A stretch of 64,000 nt of DNA from positions 54,567-118,566 of the forward strand of contig JAGWYA010000001.1 in the NCBI GenBank assembly GCA_018969615.1, read 5' to 3'. Made by a program: the position numbers and the translations under genes. Position 1 is the first letter of the stretch. Each line of letters starts with the position of its first letter. This document shows positions 9,955-19,915 of this stretch, piece by piece. This DNA is from Patescibacteria group bacterium. Lineage in GTDB: Bacteria; Patescibacteriota; Minisyncoccia; UBA6257; 02-FULL-45-10c. The notes under the pieces are model-generated. The model searched no databases and was not told the DNA's origin. It saw only the letters and a list, made by a program, of their open reading frames with translations.

Positions 9955-10680
9955 ATGAACGACACGACACCGAATAACGGTAAGCCAAAACTGAACGTTC
10001 CGGCAAAAATGCTGCCGGAGATCAAGCGGCCGGTCCATGACTGGCGCTCATCCGCGCATTGGCGCGTCTTCCGCATCATGGCCGAGTTCGTCGATGGGTT
10101 CCAATTCCTCGCTGATTTTAAAAAGACCGTAACCTTCTTCGGATCGGCGCGGTTCCCCGATACGGATCACTGGTATCAGGAAGCGCAAAAGCTTGCCCGG
10201 CTCTTGTCCCAGGAGGGCTATTCGATCGTGAGCGGCGGCGGCCCGGGTATTATGGAAGCGGGAAACCGCGGCGCCGTTGAAGGGCGCAAAGGGGACTCGA
10301 TCGGCCTGAACATCCAGCTGCCGTATGAACAGCGTATCAATCCGTACGTCAAAAAACCGATCGGCTTCCATTATTTCTTTACCCGGAAAGTGATGCTCTC
10401 ATATTCGGCGCAGGCCTATGTCTTTTTCCCAGGAGGATTCGGAACGTTCGATGAAGTGTTCGAGATCCTCGTGCTCATTCAAACGCATAAGATCTACAAA
10501 AAGATCCCGGTCGTCCTGATCGGGAAGGATTTTTGGGGAGCCGTTGATCAGTTTATCCGCACGACCATGCTTAATAAGTACCAGACGATCGATGAAGAAG
10601 ATCTGGCGATCTATTCGATCGTCGATACGGCCGAGGAAGCGCTGAAGATCATCCGAACTTCCAAGCCGCGCAAAGATTAG
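9955..10680 (+). CDS. LOG family protein (TIGR00730 lysine-decarboxylase-like)
   Basis: GGGPGIMEAGNRGA and PGGFGTFDE motifs; leaderless (TATACT 9 nt upstream). Confidence 0.8.
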   Translation: MNDTTPNNGKPKLNVPAKMLPEIKRPVHDWRSSAHWRVFRIMAEFVDGFQFLADFKKTVTFFGSARFPDTDHWYQEAQKLARLLSQEGYSIVSGGGPGIMEAGNRGAVEGRKGDSIGLNIQLPYEQRINPYVKKPIGFHYFFTRKVMLSYSAQAYVFFPGGFGTFDEVFEILVLIQTHKIYKKIPVVLIGKDFWGAVDQFIRTTMLNKYQTIDEEDLAIYSIVDTAEEALKIIRTSKPRKD

Positions 10681-10683
10681 CGC

Positions 10684-11697
10684 TTATTGTCCGTCCGGCA
10701 CCTGATTGACGATCTGTCCCGCGGTGAACGCAGTAATATCGCCGAGAGCGGTCGTCAGGATACGCACCAAAGCCTCTTGGGAATTGAACGCGGTGTGGGG
10801 CGTAACTAACACGTTCGGCATCTGCATAAGCTCCTTGTTCAGCGCTACGGTCTGAAGCGCCTCTTCGCTCAAACCCTCCGGCGCCGATCCGCTCAGCGAT
10901 GCTTTTGTCTCATTCTCTTCTTCAAGGACATCAAGCCCTGCGCCCGCCAGCTCTCCGCGTTTGAGCGCACTCACAAGCGCCCCGGTTTCGATCAATGCGC
11001 CGCGGGCGGTATTGATCACATACGCTCCTTTTTTCATAAAACCGATATTGTTCCTATTAAGCAAATGCTTGTTTTGAGGCGTATAGAGGCAATGGAATGT
11101 GATCACATCGGAACGTTTCAGAAGATCCTCAAAGGACACATAAGTAAAACCAAGTTCGGCGGCCGCTTTCGCATCAGGATAGGGATCGGCGGCGATCACA
11201 TCCATCTCAAATCCCTTGCAGATCTTGATCATTTTTTTGCCGATCCGGCCGGTGCCGATGACCCCGATGGTCTTATGCGCGAGATCGACACCGCGGAGGT
11301 CGGCAAGCGCGAACGATCCGCTCCGTTTGATCTCATCGATCGCGCGGTATAGGTGACGGGTCAGATTAAGCAGAAGGCCGAAAGCAAACTCAGCAACCGT
11401 ATTATCGCCATAGCCGGGCACATACAGCACCGCAATGCCGCGTTTCTTGCATTCAGCAAGATCGATATGGTCATAACCGGTCGAGCGTGTCGCGATACAT
11501 TTCAGATCAGGGAAAGCGCTCAATGCCTGCGCATCAAGACGGGAGTTCACAAAGATCGACAGCACCTCAAGATCGCGCCGCTCCGGCAAAGATCCGGCGG
11601 TGATCCTTTCCTTTGAGAAGGACAGTTCATGGACGGGGAGCGCCGCAGTGATCTGGTCCTGCTCCCATCCCTCCAGTTCAAAAAATCCTATTTTCAT
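10684..11697 (-). CDS. D-isomer-specific 2-hydroxyacid dehydrogenase (hydroxypyruvate/glycerate or D-lactate dehydrogenase-like)
   Basis: GxGxxG NAD fold (GVIGTGRIGKK), catalytic R/E/H arrangement of the 2-HADH family. Confidence 0.8.
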   Translation of the reverse strand: MKIGFFELEGWEQDQITAALPVHELSFSKERITAGSLPERRDLEVLSIFVNSRLDAQALSAFPDLKCIATRSTGYDHIDLAECKKRGIAVLYVPGYGDNTVAEFAFGLLLNLTRHLYRAIDEIKRSGSFALADLRGVDLAHKTIGVIGTGRIGKKMIKICKGFEMDVIAADPYPDAKAAAELGFTYVSFEDLLKRSDVITFHCLYTPQNKHLLNRNNIGFMKKGAYVINTARGALIETGALVSALKRGELAGAGLDVLEEENETKASLSGSAPEGLSEEALQTVALNKELMQMPNVLVTPHTAFNSQEALVRILTTALGDITAFTAGQIVNQVPDGQ

Positions 11698-11720
11698 AAC
11701 GGTATTTTTTTAAAAATGAT

Positions 11721-13025
11721 CTACTCTTTGATCGCTATCAGTATATCAGACACGTTCGCGCCTGTATTGCCGGTCCGTATGAAGTCTTTTGCTTTTTGAA
11801 AAAAGAAGTACGAGTTATTCTCTTGAGTTGCAAGATAGCGCGCGGGATCAAGGCGCAGCGATTCCGCCGCCCGGACCGTACGGACATCGCCGATCGCACC
11901 GCCGACATCGGTATTATCTTTTCCATCCGTATCGAACGAGATAAGACAATGTCCTTTTTTCAGATAGGGAAGCGCCGCAAGGACCAATTCCTGGTTCCGG
12001 CCGCCTTTTCCCGGTTTATGAATGAGCGCGACCGTGCTTTCGCCCCCATACAGCAGAACGGTTCTCGGCCGTTCTTTTGCAAGCGCCTTCGCGATCTTCG
12101 GCCCCAGATCTTTCGCCTCGCCGGCCAGCGTTGCGGTCTTAATGATCGCGCGATACCCGCGGCGCCGCGCTTCCGCTTTCATAGCGATGAGGGCCGTTTT
12201 ATTCGAAACGACGATCTGATTGGTCACCTTGGTAAAATATTTCTTTTCCTTCGGCGTTTCAATGAGCGAAAGAGGCTGCAAATAGCATTTCTTCCAGATC
12301 AGGTATTTATTTAAAAGCTTTTTCGCATCCGCAATCGTGGTCGTATCCCGGACCGTCGGCCCCGAAGCAATGAACTCGATGTCATCGCCGGGAACATCGG
12401 AAAAGATGAGCGAGATCACGCGGGCGGGGTACGCATATTTGGCGAGCCAGCCGCCGCGCGCATACGAAAGATGTTTGCGGATCGTGTTCATTTCTTTGAT
12501 CGGTACGCCGGCGGCGAACAGGCACCGGACGATCGTCACCTCATCCTGGCAGGTGAAGTTCCCCGGCTGGCAGAGAAGCGCGGATCCGCCCCCGGATACC
12601 AGGAACAAGACCAGGTCGTCCTTCCGCATATCCTTTAAAAGATTGATGATCTCGCGCGTCACATCGATGTTCGTTTCGGACATGAACGGGTGAGTGCCGA
12701 CCAGCGACGTGATCCGATGAAGCTTTCTTCCCTGAACATCCAGAACGATCCCTCCCGCAAGCCGGTCGCCCAGAATGCGCTCGATTGTCGCGCCGGCCTC
12801 CAGCGCGCATTTTCCGATCCCGACGACGAAGACCCGTTTCACGCCTTTCAGTGATACTTTTTTCCCCTGAATGAACAGCTGATCGTCCCGGAAATCAACC
12901 GCATCTTTCACGACCTTCGTGGTTTCGATCGCATCCAATCCCGCCTCCAAAATACCCAGCGCATCCTTTCGCAAGGCGGTTTTTGCAAGCGTTGTATAGT
13001 TTTTTACTCTCATCGCCTTTATCAT
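11721..13025 (-). CDS. glycerate kinase (MOFRL family)
   Basis: MOFRL/DUF4147 motifs; start moved to an internal ATG (13025 or 13013) because the longest ORF overlaps typA by 145 bp. Confidence 0.7.
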   Translation of the reverse strand: MIKAMRVKNYTTLAKTALRKDALGILEAGLDAIETTKVVKDAVDFRDDQLFIQGKKVSLKGVKRVFVVGIGKCALEAGATIERILGDRLAGGIVLDVQGRKLHRITSLVGTHPFMSETNIDVTREIINLLKDMRKDDLVLFLVSGGGSALLCQPGNFTCQDEVTIVRCLFAAGVPIKEMNTIRKHLSYARGGWLAKYAYPARVISLIFSDVPGDDIEFIASGPTVRDTTTIADAKKLLNKYLIWKKCYLQPLSLIETPKEKKYFTKVTNQIVVSNKTALIAMKAEARRRGYRAIIKTATLAGEAKDLGPKIAKALAKERPRTVLLYGGESTVALIHKPGKGGRNQELVLAALPYLKKGHCLISFDTDGKDNTDVGGAIGDVRTVRAAESLRLDPARYLATQENNSYFFFQKAKDFIRTGNTGANVSDILIAIKE

Positions 13026-13095
13026 AACGCAGTTCGCACCGCTTCGCGACGAGCGCGCGGGGGATAACAAAAAACCGCACGAATGCGGTTTTTTT

Positions 13096-14886
13096 CTACT
13101 TTCTGAGCTGATTCTTGAGAATGCGCTTGCGGAGACGGAGGCTTTTCGGTGTGACCTCCAGCAATTCATCATCTCCCAGATATTCCAGGCACTGCTCAAG
13201 CGACATGATCCGCGGAGGAATAAGGTCGTCGGTGACCGCATCGGTCTTCGCGCGGAAGTTGGTCAGCTGCTTTTGTTTGCAGACGTTCAGTACCAGATCC
13301 TCGGCCTTGGCGTTCTGTCCGACAACCTGTCCTTCATACACCTTCACGCCCGGTCCGATGAACATTTCGCCGCGCTCCTGCGACATGAGCAGGGCATAGG
13401 CGGTCGAGGTTCCGGTCTCATGGGCGACCAGCGATCCGTGCGGATTGGTCTGAATATCGTTCCACTGCGGATGATAGCCCGCAAACAGGGTATTGATGAT
13501 GCCGTTTCCTTTCGTATCGATCAGGAACTCATTGCGGAATCCGATAAGCCCGCGGGTCGGCACGAAGAAATGGAAATTAGCGATCCCGTTCTCCACGCTC
13601 ATGTTCTTCATTTCGCCTTTGCGGCGGCTCATCTTCTCGATGATGGTCCCGGAATACTGCTCCGGCGCTTCGATCCAGACATCTTCTGCCGGCTCAAGCG
13701 TCTTTCCGTTCTCTTCTTTCATGATGACCTCCGGCTTCGAGACCTGCAGCTCATATCCTTCCCGGCGCATCTTTTCGATCAAGATGCCCAAGTGCAGTTC
13801 GCCGCGGCCGCTCACGACGAACTCGTCAGGCGATTTCCCCGGCTGAACCTGCAATGCGACATCGTTGTCGATCTCTTTTTCCAAACGTTCCTTCAAATTG
13901 CGGGACGTGCAATACTGGCCTTCCTGTCCGGCGAACGGGGAGTTGTTCACGCTGAAGATCATTTTCACCGTCGGTTTCTCGATCGTGATCGGCGGCAATG
14001 CCTCAGGATTTTCCGCCGCGGCAACCGTATCGCCGATATTGATGTTCGGAATACCCGAAAGAGCCGCGATATCACCGGCTTCCATTTCTTTGACCTCTAC
14101 CTTGCTCAACCCGAGGAAGGTCATCAGCGAGACCACTTTTGTGTTTACGATCTTCCCTTCACGGCTGATATGGGCGATCGACTGGCCTGCGGCTATTTTC
14201 CCCCGGGAAATACGGCCGATGCCTATCTTGCCTTTGTAATTATCGTAGCCGATCGAGGTGACCATCACCTGGAGCGATCCCGCGGCATCCGCCTTCGGAG
14301 CGGGAACGTGTTCAAGTACCGCGTCAAAGACCGGTGCGATATCCTTCATTTTTTCCATTTCCGGAGACAACCCCGCAAGTCCGAGCTTTCCCGCAGAATA
14401 AATGATCGGGAAGTTCAGCTGCTCATTGTTCGCTCCCAGCTCGATAAAAAGCTCGATGACCTTATCAAGCACATAGTTCACGCGGGCGTTCTTCTTGTCG
14501 ATCTTATTGATCACCACGATGATCTTCAAACCCATCGCCAGGGCTTTCTTCAGCACGAACCGCGTCTGCGGCATCGGACCTTCCTGGGCGTCCACGAGCA
14601 GCAGCGCGCCATCCGCCATATTCAAAACACGCTCCACTTCGCCGCCGAAATCAGCGTGGCCCGGCGTATCGATGATATTGATCTTCGTGTCATGGTAAAC
14701 AACCGCGGCGTTCTTGGAAAAGATCGTGATGCCGCGTTCGCGTTCAAGTTCATTCGAGTCCATGATCTGCGCCTGCTCGCCAAGCTTGCCGAGGTCGGTA
14801 TCGGACTGCTTCATCATAATATCCACGAGCGTGGATTTTCCGTGGTCGACGTGAGCAATGATCGCAATGTTACGAATTTTTTGCAT
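13096..14886 (-). CDS. typA: translational GTPase TypA/BipA
   Basis: 596 aa, G1-G4 motifs ([21 protein letters not shown]), EF-G-like domains. Confidence 0.9.
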   Translation of the reverse strand: MQKIRNIAIIAHVDHGKSTLVDIMMKQSDTDLGKLGEQAQIMDSNELERERGITIFSKNAAVVYHDTKINIIDTPGHADFGGEVERVLNMADGALLLVDAQEGPMPQTRFVLKKALAMGLKIIVVINKIDKKNARVNYVLDKVIELFIELGANNEQLNFPIIYSAGKLGLAGLSPEMEKMKDIAPVFDAVLEHVPAPKADAAGSLQVMVTSIGYDNYKGKIGIGRISRGKIAAGQSIAHISREGKIVNTKVVSLMTFLGLSKVEVKEMEAGDIAALSGIPNINIGDTVAAAENPEALPPITIEKPTVKMIFSVNNSPFAGQEGQYCTSRNLKERLEKEIDNDVALQVQPGKSPDEFVVSGRGELHLGILIEKMRREGYELQVSKPEVIMKEENGKTLEPAEDVWIEAPEQYSGTIIEKMSRRKGEMKNMSVENGIANFHFFVPTRGLIGFRNEFLIDTKGNGIINTLFAGYHPQWNDIQTNPHGSLVAHETGTSTAYALLMSQERGEMFIGPGVKVYEGQVVGQNAKAEDLVLNVCKQKQLTNFRAKTDAVTDDLIPPRIMSLEQCLEYLGDDELLEVTPKSLRLRKRILKNQLRK

Positions 14887-14974
14887 TGAAATAGTATACA
14901 GTATCTAAATGGAATTTACAAAAGGAAGGGGGCACTCCGACGCTGGATCGGAGTGCCCCCTTAGGGTGAGGATG

Positions 14975-15253
14975 CTACGCGGGCGAGCCGATGGACATCT
15001 TCGTCTGCGCGAGTCGCACCAGCGACTTCATCTCCTTGGTGGTGCCCTCGTAGCGATGATGAAGCCCGTCGGTGAACTGCTTTTCCGGCTCGTAGAACTC
15101 GGTCAGGACAGCCCCGTCGGAGACCTGGATCACCCCGAATCCCATATCCAGATCGTATCTGAGCGAATCGAGCGCCTCATCCTTCTTCAGCTGGTCCTTC
15201 GAGCATTGCTTCTTCCCGCCGGCCGGACCCTTCAGAGTCGTGCGCGTGATCAT
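14975..15253 (-). CDS. hypothetical protein (92 aa)
   Basis: Strong RBS AAGGAGG 5 nt before ATG; terminator hairpin 14930-14965. Confidence 0.5.
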   Translation of the reverse strand: MITRTTLKGPAGGKKQCSKDQLKKDEALDSLRYDLDMGFGVIQVSDGAVLTEFYEPEKQFTDGLHHRYEGTTKEMKSLVRLAQTKMSIGSPA

Positions 15254-15417
15254 ATACCCCTCCTTTTCGTTTTATGGAATGTACAACGTGTACGACGATA
15301 CCTCGCAGTACAACGGGTATAGAGTATCATTTTTTATATAAAAAGTCAATGGTTTTTACACATAAAATAAAAAGGGCGCGCCGGATATAGTATCCGTACG
15401 CGCCCTTTGAGTTGAAA

Positions 15418-15801
15418 CTAGGCGACCACCACTCGGAGCGCTTCCTGCAGCGACATCTGCTGAGCGCAGATATGCCGGTAGGTCAGAGCCCGCGCGATGT
15501 TCAGATGAAGCTCCTTCATCCGCACCGGAATGGGATCGTCGGAAGGGGAGCGCTGAACGGCCTCCGCCAGCTTCTGGTGCTCGTCCCTGAAGACCCGCGC
15601 CGTTTCCTTGAACAGCTCCATCTCGGTCTTGTCGCCGAGGAAAAGGACCTCGCCGTCCTTGCAGCTCGCGACGACCTTGATCCTCTCTTCCTCGATCAGC
15701 GGCTGCGCGCGTTCGAACATCTCGCACAGCATCGTGACCGCGTCTTCGAAACTGCCGATGTAATCAACCGGCAGTCCGTCGATGACTCCTTTGATCTTCA
15801 T
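15418..15801 (-). CDS. hypothetical protein (127 aa)
   Basis: RBS GGAGG before ATG, own TATAGT -10, strong terminator hairpin 15372-15412. Confidence 0.55.
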   Translation of the reverse strand: MKIKGVIDGLPVDYIGSFEDAVTMLCEMFERAQPLIEEERIKVVASCKDGEVLFLGDKTEMELFKETARVFRDEHQKLAEAVQRSPSDDPIPVRMKELHLNIARALTYRHICAQQMSLQEALRVVVA

Positions 15802-15919
15802 CCCATCCTCCGTTCGTTTACAAAGTGCAAACCTTGCGGGATCCGCAATTAGTAATACTATAAACTATTTTCCATAGATAGTCAATAATAGAAAACCCGC
15901 ACGGTTGTGCGGGTGGAAA

Positions 15920-16210
15920 CTAGGAGCGCTTCATAATGAAGGGATTGGCCTGGATCGCACGGATCTGCGTCGGGGTTCCTTCGGCAACGATAATGAGAAT
16001 ATCGGCATCACCGCCCTCATACTTCATAAGCCGAACCTCGGTCTCTTCTTCGTTTATATGGAAAAGCCCGTAATTCTTTTGCACCGCATCAGTAAGCTCC
16101 CGCACTGCTTTCAAAAAAGGGAGCTTCGCTTTGCGAAACGGGTTTTCGTCATTCCTTTTCGATCCGTCAGGGGATTTTGTTGATCGCACGATCAGCCAGG
16201 TCAGGGTCAT
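15920..16210 (-). CDS. hypothetical protein (96 aa)
   Basis: Track ORF 15920-16273 begins at a non-ATG codon; first ATG (MTLTWLIV...) at 16210; TATACT -10 upstream; terminator hairpin 15897-15925. Confidence 0.45.
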   Translation of the reverse strand: MTLTWLIVRSTKSPDGSKRNDENPFRKAKLPFLKAVRELTDAVQKNYGLFHINEEETEVRLMKYEGGDADILIIVAEGTPTQIRAIQANPFIMKRS

Positions 16211-16280
16211 CGGCTCTTCTCGCGATAATACGGTACTGCTTTCAGTATAGGCGCCAAAAAGCCCGAAAAACAAGAGGAAA

Positions 16281-17384
16281 TTACTTCTTCAGCTGTTCGA
16301 TCACGGCAACTTCCAGAGGCACTGCGGCGAACGGAGAATAACGCATCTCACTATAGGCGCGGATCAATAAACGGATCAGCGCGGTCATTTTCGCGGGATC
16401 TGACATGCCGGCATGTTTTTGGAGCATGCCGATCTCATCTTTGGTCAATTCCCGCTGATATGCGGCAAGCAATCCGGGGTCCATTTTCAGCGTCAACGCG
16501 CGGCGCAAATAATGAATGAGGTCTTTCGTGAATTGCACCACGTTATAGCCGCCCTGTTCGATCTCGTGGATATAGGAAAGCGCTTCCGGGAGCGATCCTG
16601 CCAGTAACAGTTCCGCAAGCTGGGCGGTCTTCTTATAGCCGATCTTTCCGGCGATCCGTTCAACGTCCTGCAGGGTAATATCCTGGTCAAGCGATGCGAT
16701 CTGTCCCAAAAGCGATTCGGCGTCGCGGACGCTGCCTTCGCCGAGCGCGGCAACCAACTCAACCGCATCATCATCGATCATGATCTTTTCGCTCTTTGCG
16801 ATCGCATGCAATTTCGTAATGATCTCGGGCAAAGCCACTTTGCGGAAATGGAAGCGCTGTGTCCGGGACGAAATGGTCGCGGGCACTTTCTCATATTCGG
16901 TCGTTGCCAGAATGAACACGGCGTGCGCTGGCGGCTCTTCAAGCGTCTTCAGCAGCGCATTGAACGCTTCGCGGGTCAGCATATGCACCTCATCGATAAT
17001 AAAGACCTTGGAATGATACGAGGTCGGGGAGAGGCGGACGCCTTCCTGAAGATCGCGGATCTCATCGATGCCGCGGTTCGAGGCCGCGTCGATCTCGATC
17101 ACGTCCAGCGCATGGCCGGTATCGATCTCAGTGCACGGACGGCATTCATTGCACGGCTCGCCCTTCGCTTTGAACTTCGCATCCTTCTGGCGCTTCTCGC
17201 AGTTCACCAGTTTTGCGATCAAACGCGCGGTGGTCGTCTTTCCGGAGCCGCGCGGACCATAGAACAAATAGGCATGCGCGAACGCATCGCGCCGCGCGGC
17301 GTTCCGCAGGATCTCCACGATATGTTCCTGACCCAAAAGGTCTTCAAATGTTTTCGGGCGGTATTTCCGGTAGATCGCGAGCAT
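16281..17384 (-). CDS. dnaX: DNA polymerase III subunit gamma/tau, short form
   Basis: YGPRGSGKTT Walker A, Zn-module CNECRPC, DEVHML, SRC motif; only 367 aa. Confidence 0.9.
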   Translation of the reverse strand: MLAIYRKYRPKTFEDLLGQEHIVEILRNAARRDAFAHAYLFYGPRGSGKTTTARLIAKLVNCEKRQKDAKFKAKGEPCNECRPCTEIDTGHALDVIEIDAASNRGIDEIRDLQEGVRLSPTSYHSKVFIIDEVHMLTREAFNALLKTLEEPPAHAVFILATTEYEKVPATISSRTQRFHFRKVALPEIITKLHAIAKSEKIMIDDDAVELVAALGEGSVRDAESLLGQIASLDQDITLQDVERIAGKIGYKKTAQLAELLLAGSLPEALSYIHEIEQGGYNVVQFTKDLIHYLRRALTLKMDPGLLAAYQRELTKDEIGMLQKHAGMSDPAKMTALIRLLIRAYSEMRYSPFAAVPLEVAVIEQLKK

Positions 17385-17475
17385 AGAATGTCTTCAGTAT
17401 ACACTACATCTCCTTTTTTATGCACGTTGAATTGAGATTCCGCCTTATTTACCGTACACTGAAAACATAATCCCT

Positions 17476-18237
17476 ATGGAATACGAAGTCCGCCTGGATA
17501 AATTCTCGGGCCCGCTCGAAAAACTGTTAGAGCTGATCGAGGACCGGAAACTGGAAGTGACGATGGTGAGCCTCGCGCAGGTCACCGGCGACTTTTTGGA
17601 ATACCTGAAAACCATGGACGAGCAGGCGAAAGACCCGAGCGTGCTCGCGGACTTCGTCGTGGTCGCTTCGCAGCTCCTGCTGATCAAATCGAAAGCGATC
17701 CTTCCGTCGCTGGAATTGACCGAGGAAGAGGAGACCGATATCAAGGACCTCGAGCAACGCTTGCGAGTCTATAAAGAGTTCAAAGCGGCGAGCGAGATCA
17801 TGCGCAAGGCGTGGGATCAGCGTAAGTCTGTCTACGGCCGTGAGCTTTTTTCCGATCTTCCGCCGGTTTTCTACCCGTCCAAAAATATCACGCCGAACGA
17901 TCTGCGCGAACACCTGAACGAACTGCTTCATGAGCTTGGCCGGCTGATCCCGGAAAAACAAACAGTGAAGAAAGTGGTCATGACCCTCGAGCAGAAAGTG
18001 CGCGAGCTGCTGAACCGCCTCAGAGAACAGGCACAGCAAAGCTTCAAGAACCTTTCCAAGGACAAGCCAAAACTGGAGATCATCATGCTGTTCCTTGCCG
18101 TGCTGCATTTGATGCGCGAACGGCTGGTGCGTGCGGATCAGACCGGAGGGCAATTTTCCGATATTACGATCGATGGCGCTCCGCAGCCGCAGGAAAGCGA
18201 TCCGGCGACCCCCTCCGCATTGCCAAGCTCCTCCTAA
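17476..18237 (+). CDS. scpA: segregation and condensation protein A
   Basis: ScpA kleisin motifs; immediately followed by scpB. Confidence 0.8.
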   Translation: MEYEVRLDKFSGPLEKLLELIEDRKLEVTMVSLAQVTGDFLEYLKTMDEQAKDPSVLADFVVVASQLLLIKSKAILPSLELTEEEETDIKDLEQRLRVYKEFKAASEIMRKAWDQRKSVYGRELFSDLPPVFYPSKNITPNDLREHLNELLHELGRLIPEKQTVKKVVMTLEQKVRELLNRLREQAQQSFKNLSKDKPKLEIIMLFLAVLHLMRERLVRADQTGGQFSDITIDGAPQPQESDPATPSALPSSS

Positions 18238-18258
18238 ACCGAGTACTATAAAACGATT

Positions 18259-18933
18259 ATGGCGCAGCACGACCCCTCACAACTTATGGCCCAGATCGAA
18301 GCGCTTCTTTTTATTTACGGCGAACCGATCGACGCAAAAAAGCTCGCAAAGAACCTCGGCGTTTCCGAAGCGGATGTCCGCACAGGCCTTGCGGCGCTTG
18401 AACAGGAACTGACCCGCAGTGAGCGGGGATTGGCGCTTGTCGAAGACAAAGGAAAGGTTCAGCTCGTAACCAAGCCGGCATTCTCAAAGATGCTGGAATC
18501 GATCACGAAGCAGGAGTTCAGCGAATCGCTGACGCCGGCGGCGCTTGAAACGCTATCGATCATTTCTTATGCGGGACCGATCTCCCGTGCGGATATTGAA
18601 TATATCCGCGGCGTCAATTCCAGTTTCATCGTTCGCACACTTCTGATGCGCGGCCTCGTGGAACGCGCAACCGACCCGAAACGGGCGAACAGTTATCTCT
18701 ACAGCACCAGCTTCGAGCTCCTGCGCCACCTCGGACTTTCTAAAAATATCGATCTTCCTGAATATCAAAAATACCATGATCTGGTCCTGCATATGCACGA
18801 CGAGCTCCAGCAAAAGGACGCTGCGCAGCAGGCGATCGATCTTCCTCCCGCCGATGCAACGATCCCTGCCGAACCTTCATCGTTATCTGATGCGCCCGAT
18901 CAGCAGGCGGCATCTGACCAGCCGCAGCCATGA
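18259..18933 (+). CDS. scpB: segregation and condensation protein B
   Basis: Tandem winged-helix ScpB pattern (IEALLFIYGEPI...AALETLSIISYAGPISRADIEYIRGV). Confidence 0.8.
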   Translation: MAQHDPSQLMAQIEALLFIYGEPIDAKKLAKNLGVSEADVRTGLAALEQELTRSERGLALVEDKGKVQLVTKPAFSKMLESITKQEFSESLTPAALETLSIISYAGPISRADIEYIRGVNSSFIVRTLLMRGLVERATDPKRANSYLYSTSFELLRHLGLSKNIDLPEYQKYHDLVLHMHDELQQKDAAQQAIDLPPADATIPAEPSSLSDAPDQQAASDQPQP

Positions 18934-19913
18934 AGAGCCGCGACCTGACCATTCTTATCGCATGTTTCGTGCTCATCCTTGTTGCAGCAAAGCACGGGCA
19001 TGAGATCGCCGCGGTATCCGTGCCTGTACCATCGAGCGCCGCAGCGATCTCCGCATCACCGACCCCGATCGCGACCGGGCCTATTCTCGCGCAGGTCAAA
19101 CAGCTTTTCGATCCGGCGCCGGCGACAACCTCAACCCGATCCGTCTATCCCCGGCGATCGAACTGGACCCTGCTCGATCCTCATCTTTCCGTCCGAGCCG
19201 CGGGCGCCATGGACCTTGAGACCGGCGTCACCATGTACCAGCTCAACCCCAACGAGCGCTGGCCGCTCGCTTCGCTTTCTAAACTGATGACCGCCGTGAT
19301 CGCGATCGAAGATGTGGGAGTGAACACGCGCGTCACGATCACGCCGCAGGACCTGTCCGTTGACGGGATCTCCGGCGATCTGCAGGCCGGCCAGCAATAT
19401 ACCGTTGAACAACTGCTCACGATCATGCTGACGGTATCCAGCAACCGCGCCGCTATGGCGATCGCGGACACCTATGGATTCCAGGAGTTCGTTGACGCCA
19501 TGCAGCAAAAAGCCTCTCAACTGGGCATGACCCAGACCACCTACGTCGAACCGACTGGTTTGTCCCAGCTCAATGAATCGACCGTCACTGATCTTGAAAA
19601 GCTGGCCGCCTATATTTATACGAACCATCCGGAGATCTATGCGATCACCCGGCAGCCGAGCGCAACCGTTGAAGACCTGAACACCGGCGCAACGAACACG
19701 TTCTGGAACATCAACGAGTTCTCGCACACGCGGTCCGATTTCTACGGTGGAAAAACCGGCTTCACCGATGAAGCGGGGGAGAATCTGGTCACTTTGTTCA
19801 CGTATGGCGATCAGCATCTTCTGTTCGTCGTCCTGGGGACAACCGATGATCGCTTCACGCAGACCGAAATATTGTATAATTGGGTCATACAGGCATTCAC
19901 CTTCCACGCATAA
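18930..19913 (+). CDS. D-alanyl-D-alanine carboxypeptidase (peptidase S11)
   Basis: SxxK (SLSKLM), SxN (SSNRA), KTG (GGKTGFT) motifs, N-terminal TM. Confidence 0.8.
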   Translation: MKSRDLTILIACFVLILVAAKHGHEIAAVSVPVPSSAAAISASPTPIATGPILAQVKQLFDPAPATTSTRSVYPRRSNWTLLDPHLSVRAAGAMDLETGVTMYQLNPNERWPLASLSKLMTAVIAIEDVGVNTRVTITPQDLSVDGISGDLQAGQQYTVEQLLTIMLTVSSNRAAMAIADTYGFQEFVDAMQQKASQLGMTQTTYVEPTGLSQLNESTVTDLEKLAAYIYTNHPEIYAITRQPSATVEDLNTGATNTFWNINEFSHTRSDFYGGKTGFTDEAGENLVTLFTYGDQHLLFVVLGTTDDRFTQTEILYNWVIQAFTFHA

Positions 19914-19915
19914 CT

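Noticed and set aside
13273-14889. 538-aa plus-strand ORF
   Set aside because: Antisense shadow of typA. The same applies to 252-887 (vs sigma), 17527-18270 (vs scpA), 28450-29517 (vs obg), 45855-46869 (vs copA), 52684-53565 (vs tgt), 53583-54260 (vs queA) and 32906-33466 (antisense of the high-GC gene).
14909-15322. 137-aa plus-strand ORF
   Set aside because: Arg/Leu-rich nonsense translation antisense to a minus-strand ORF that has a strong RBS and terminator.
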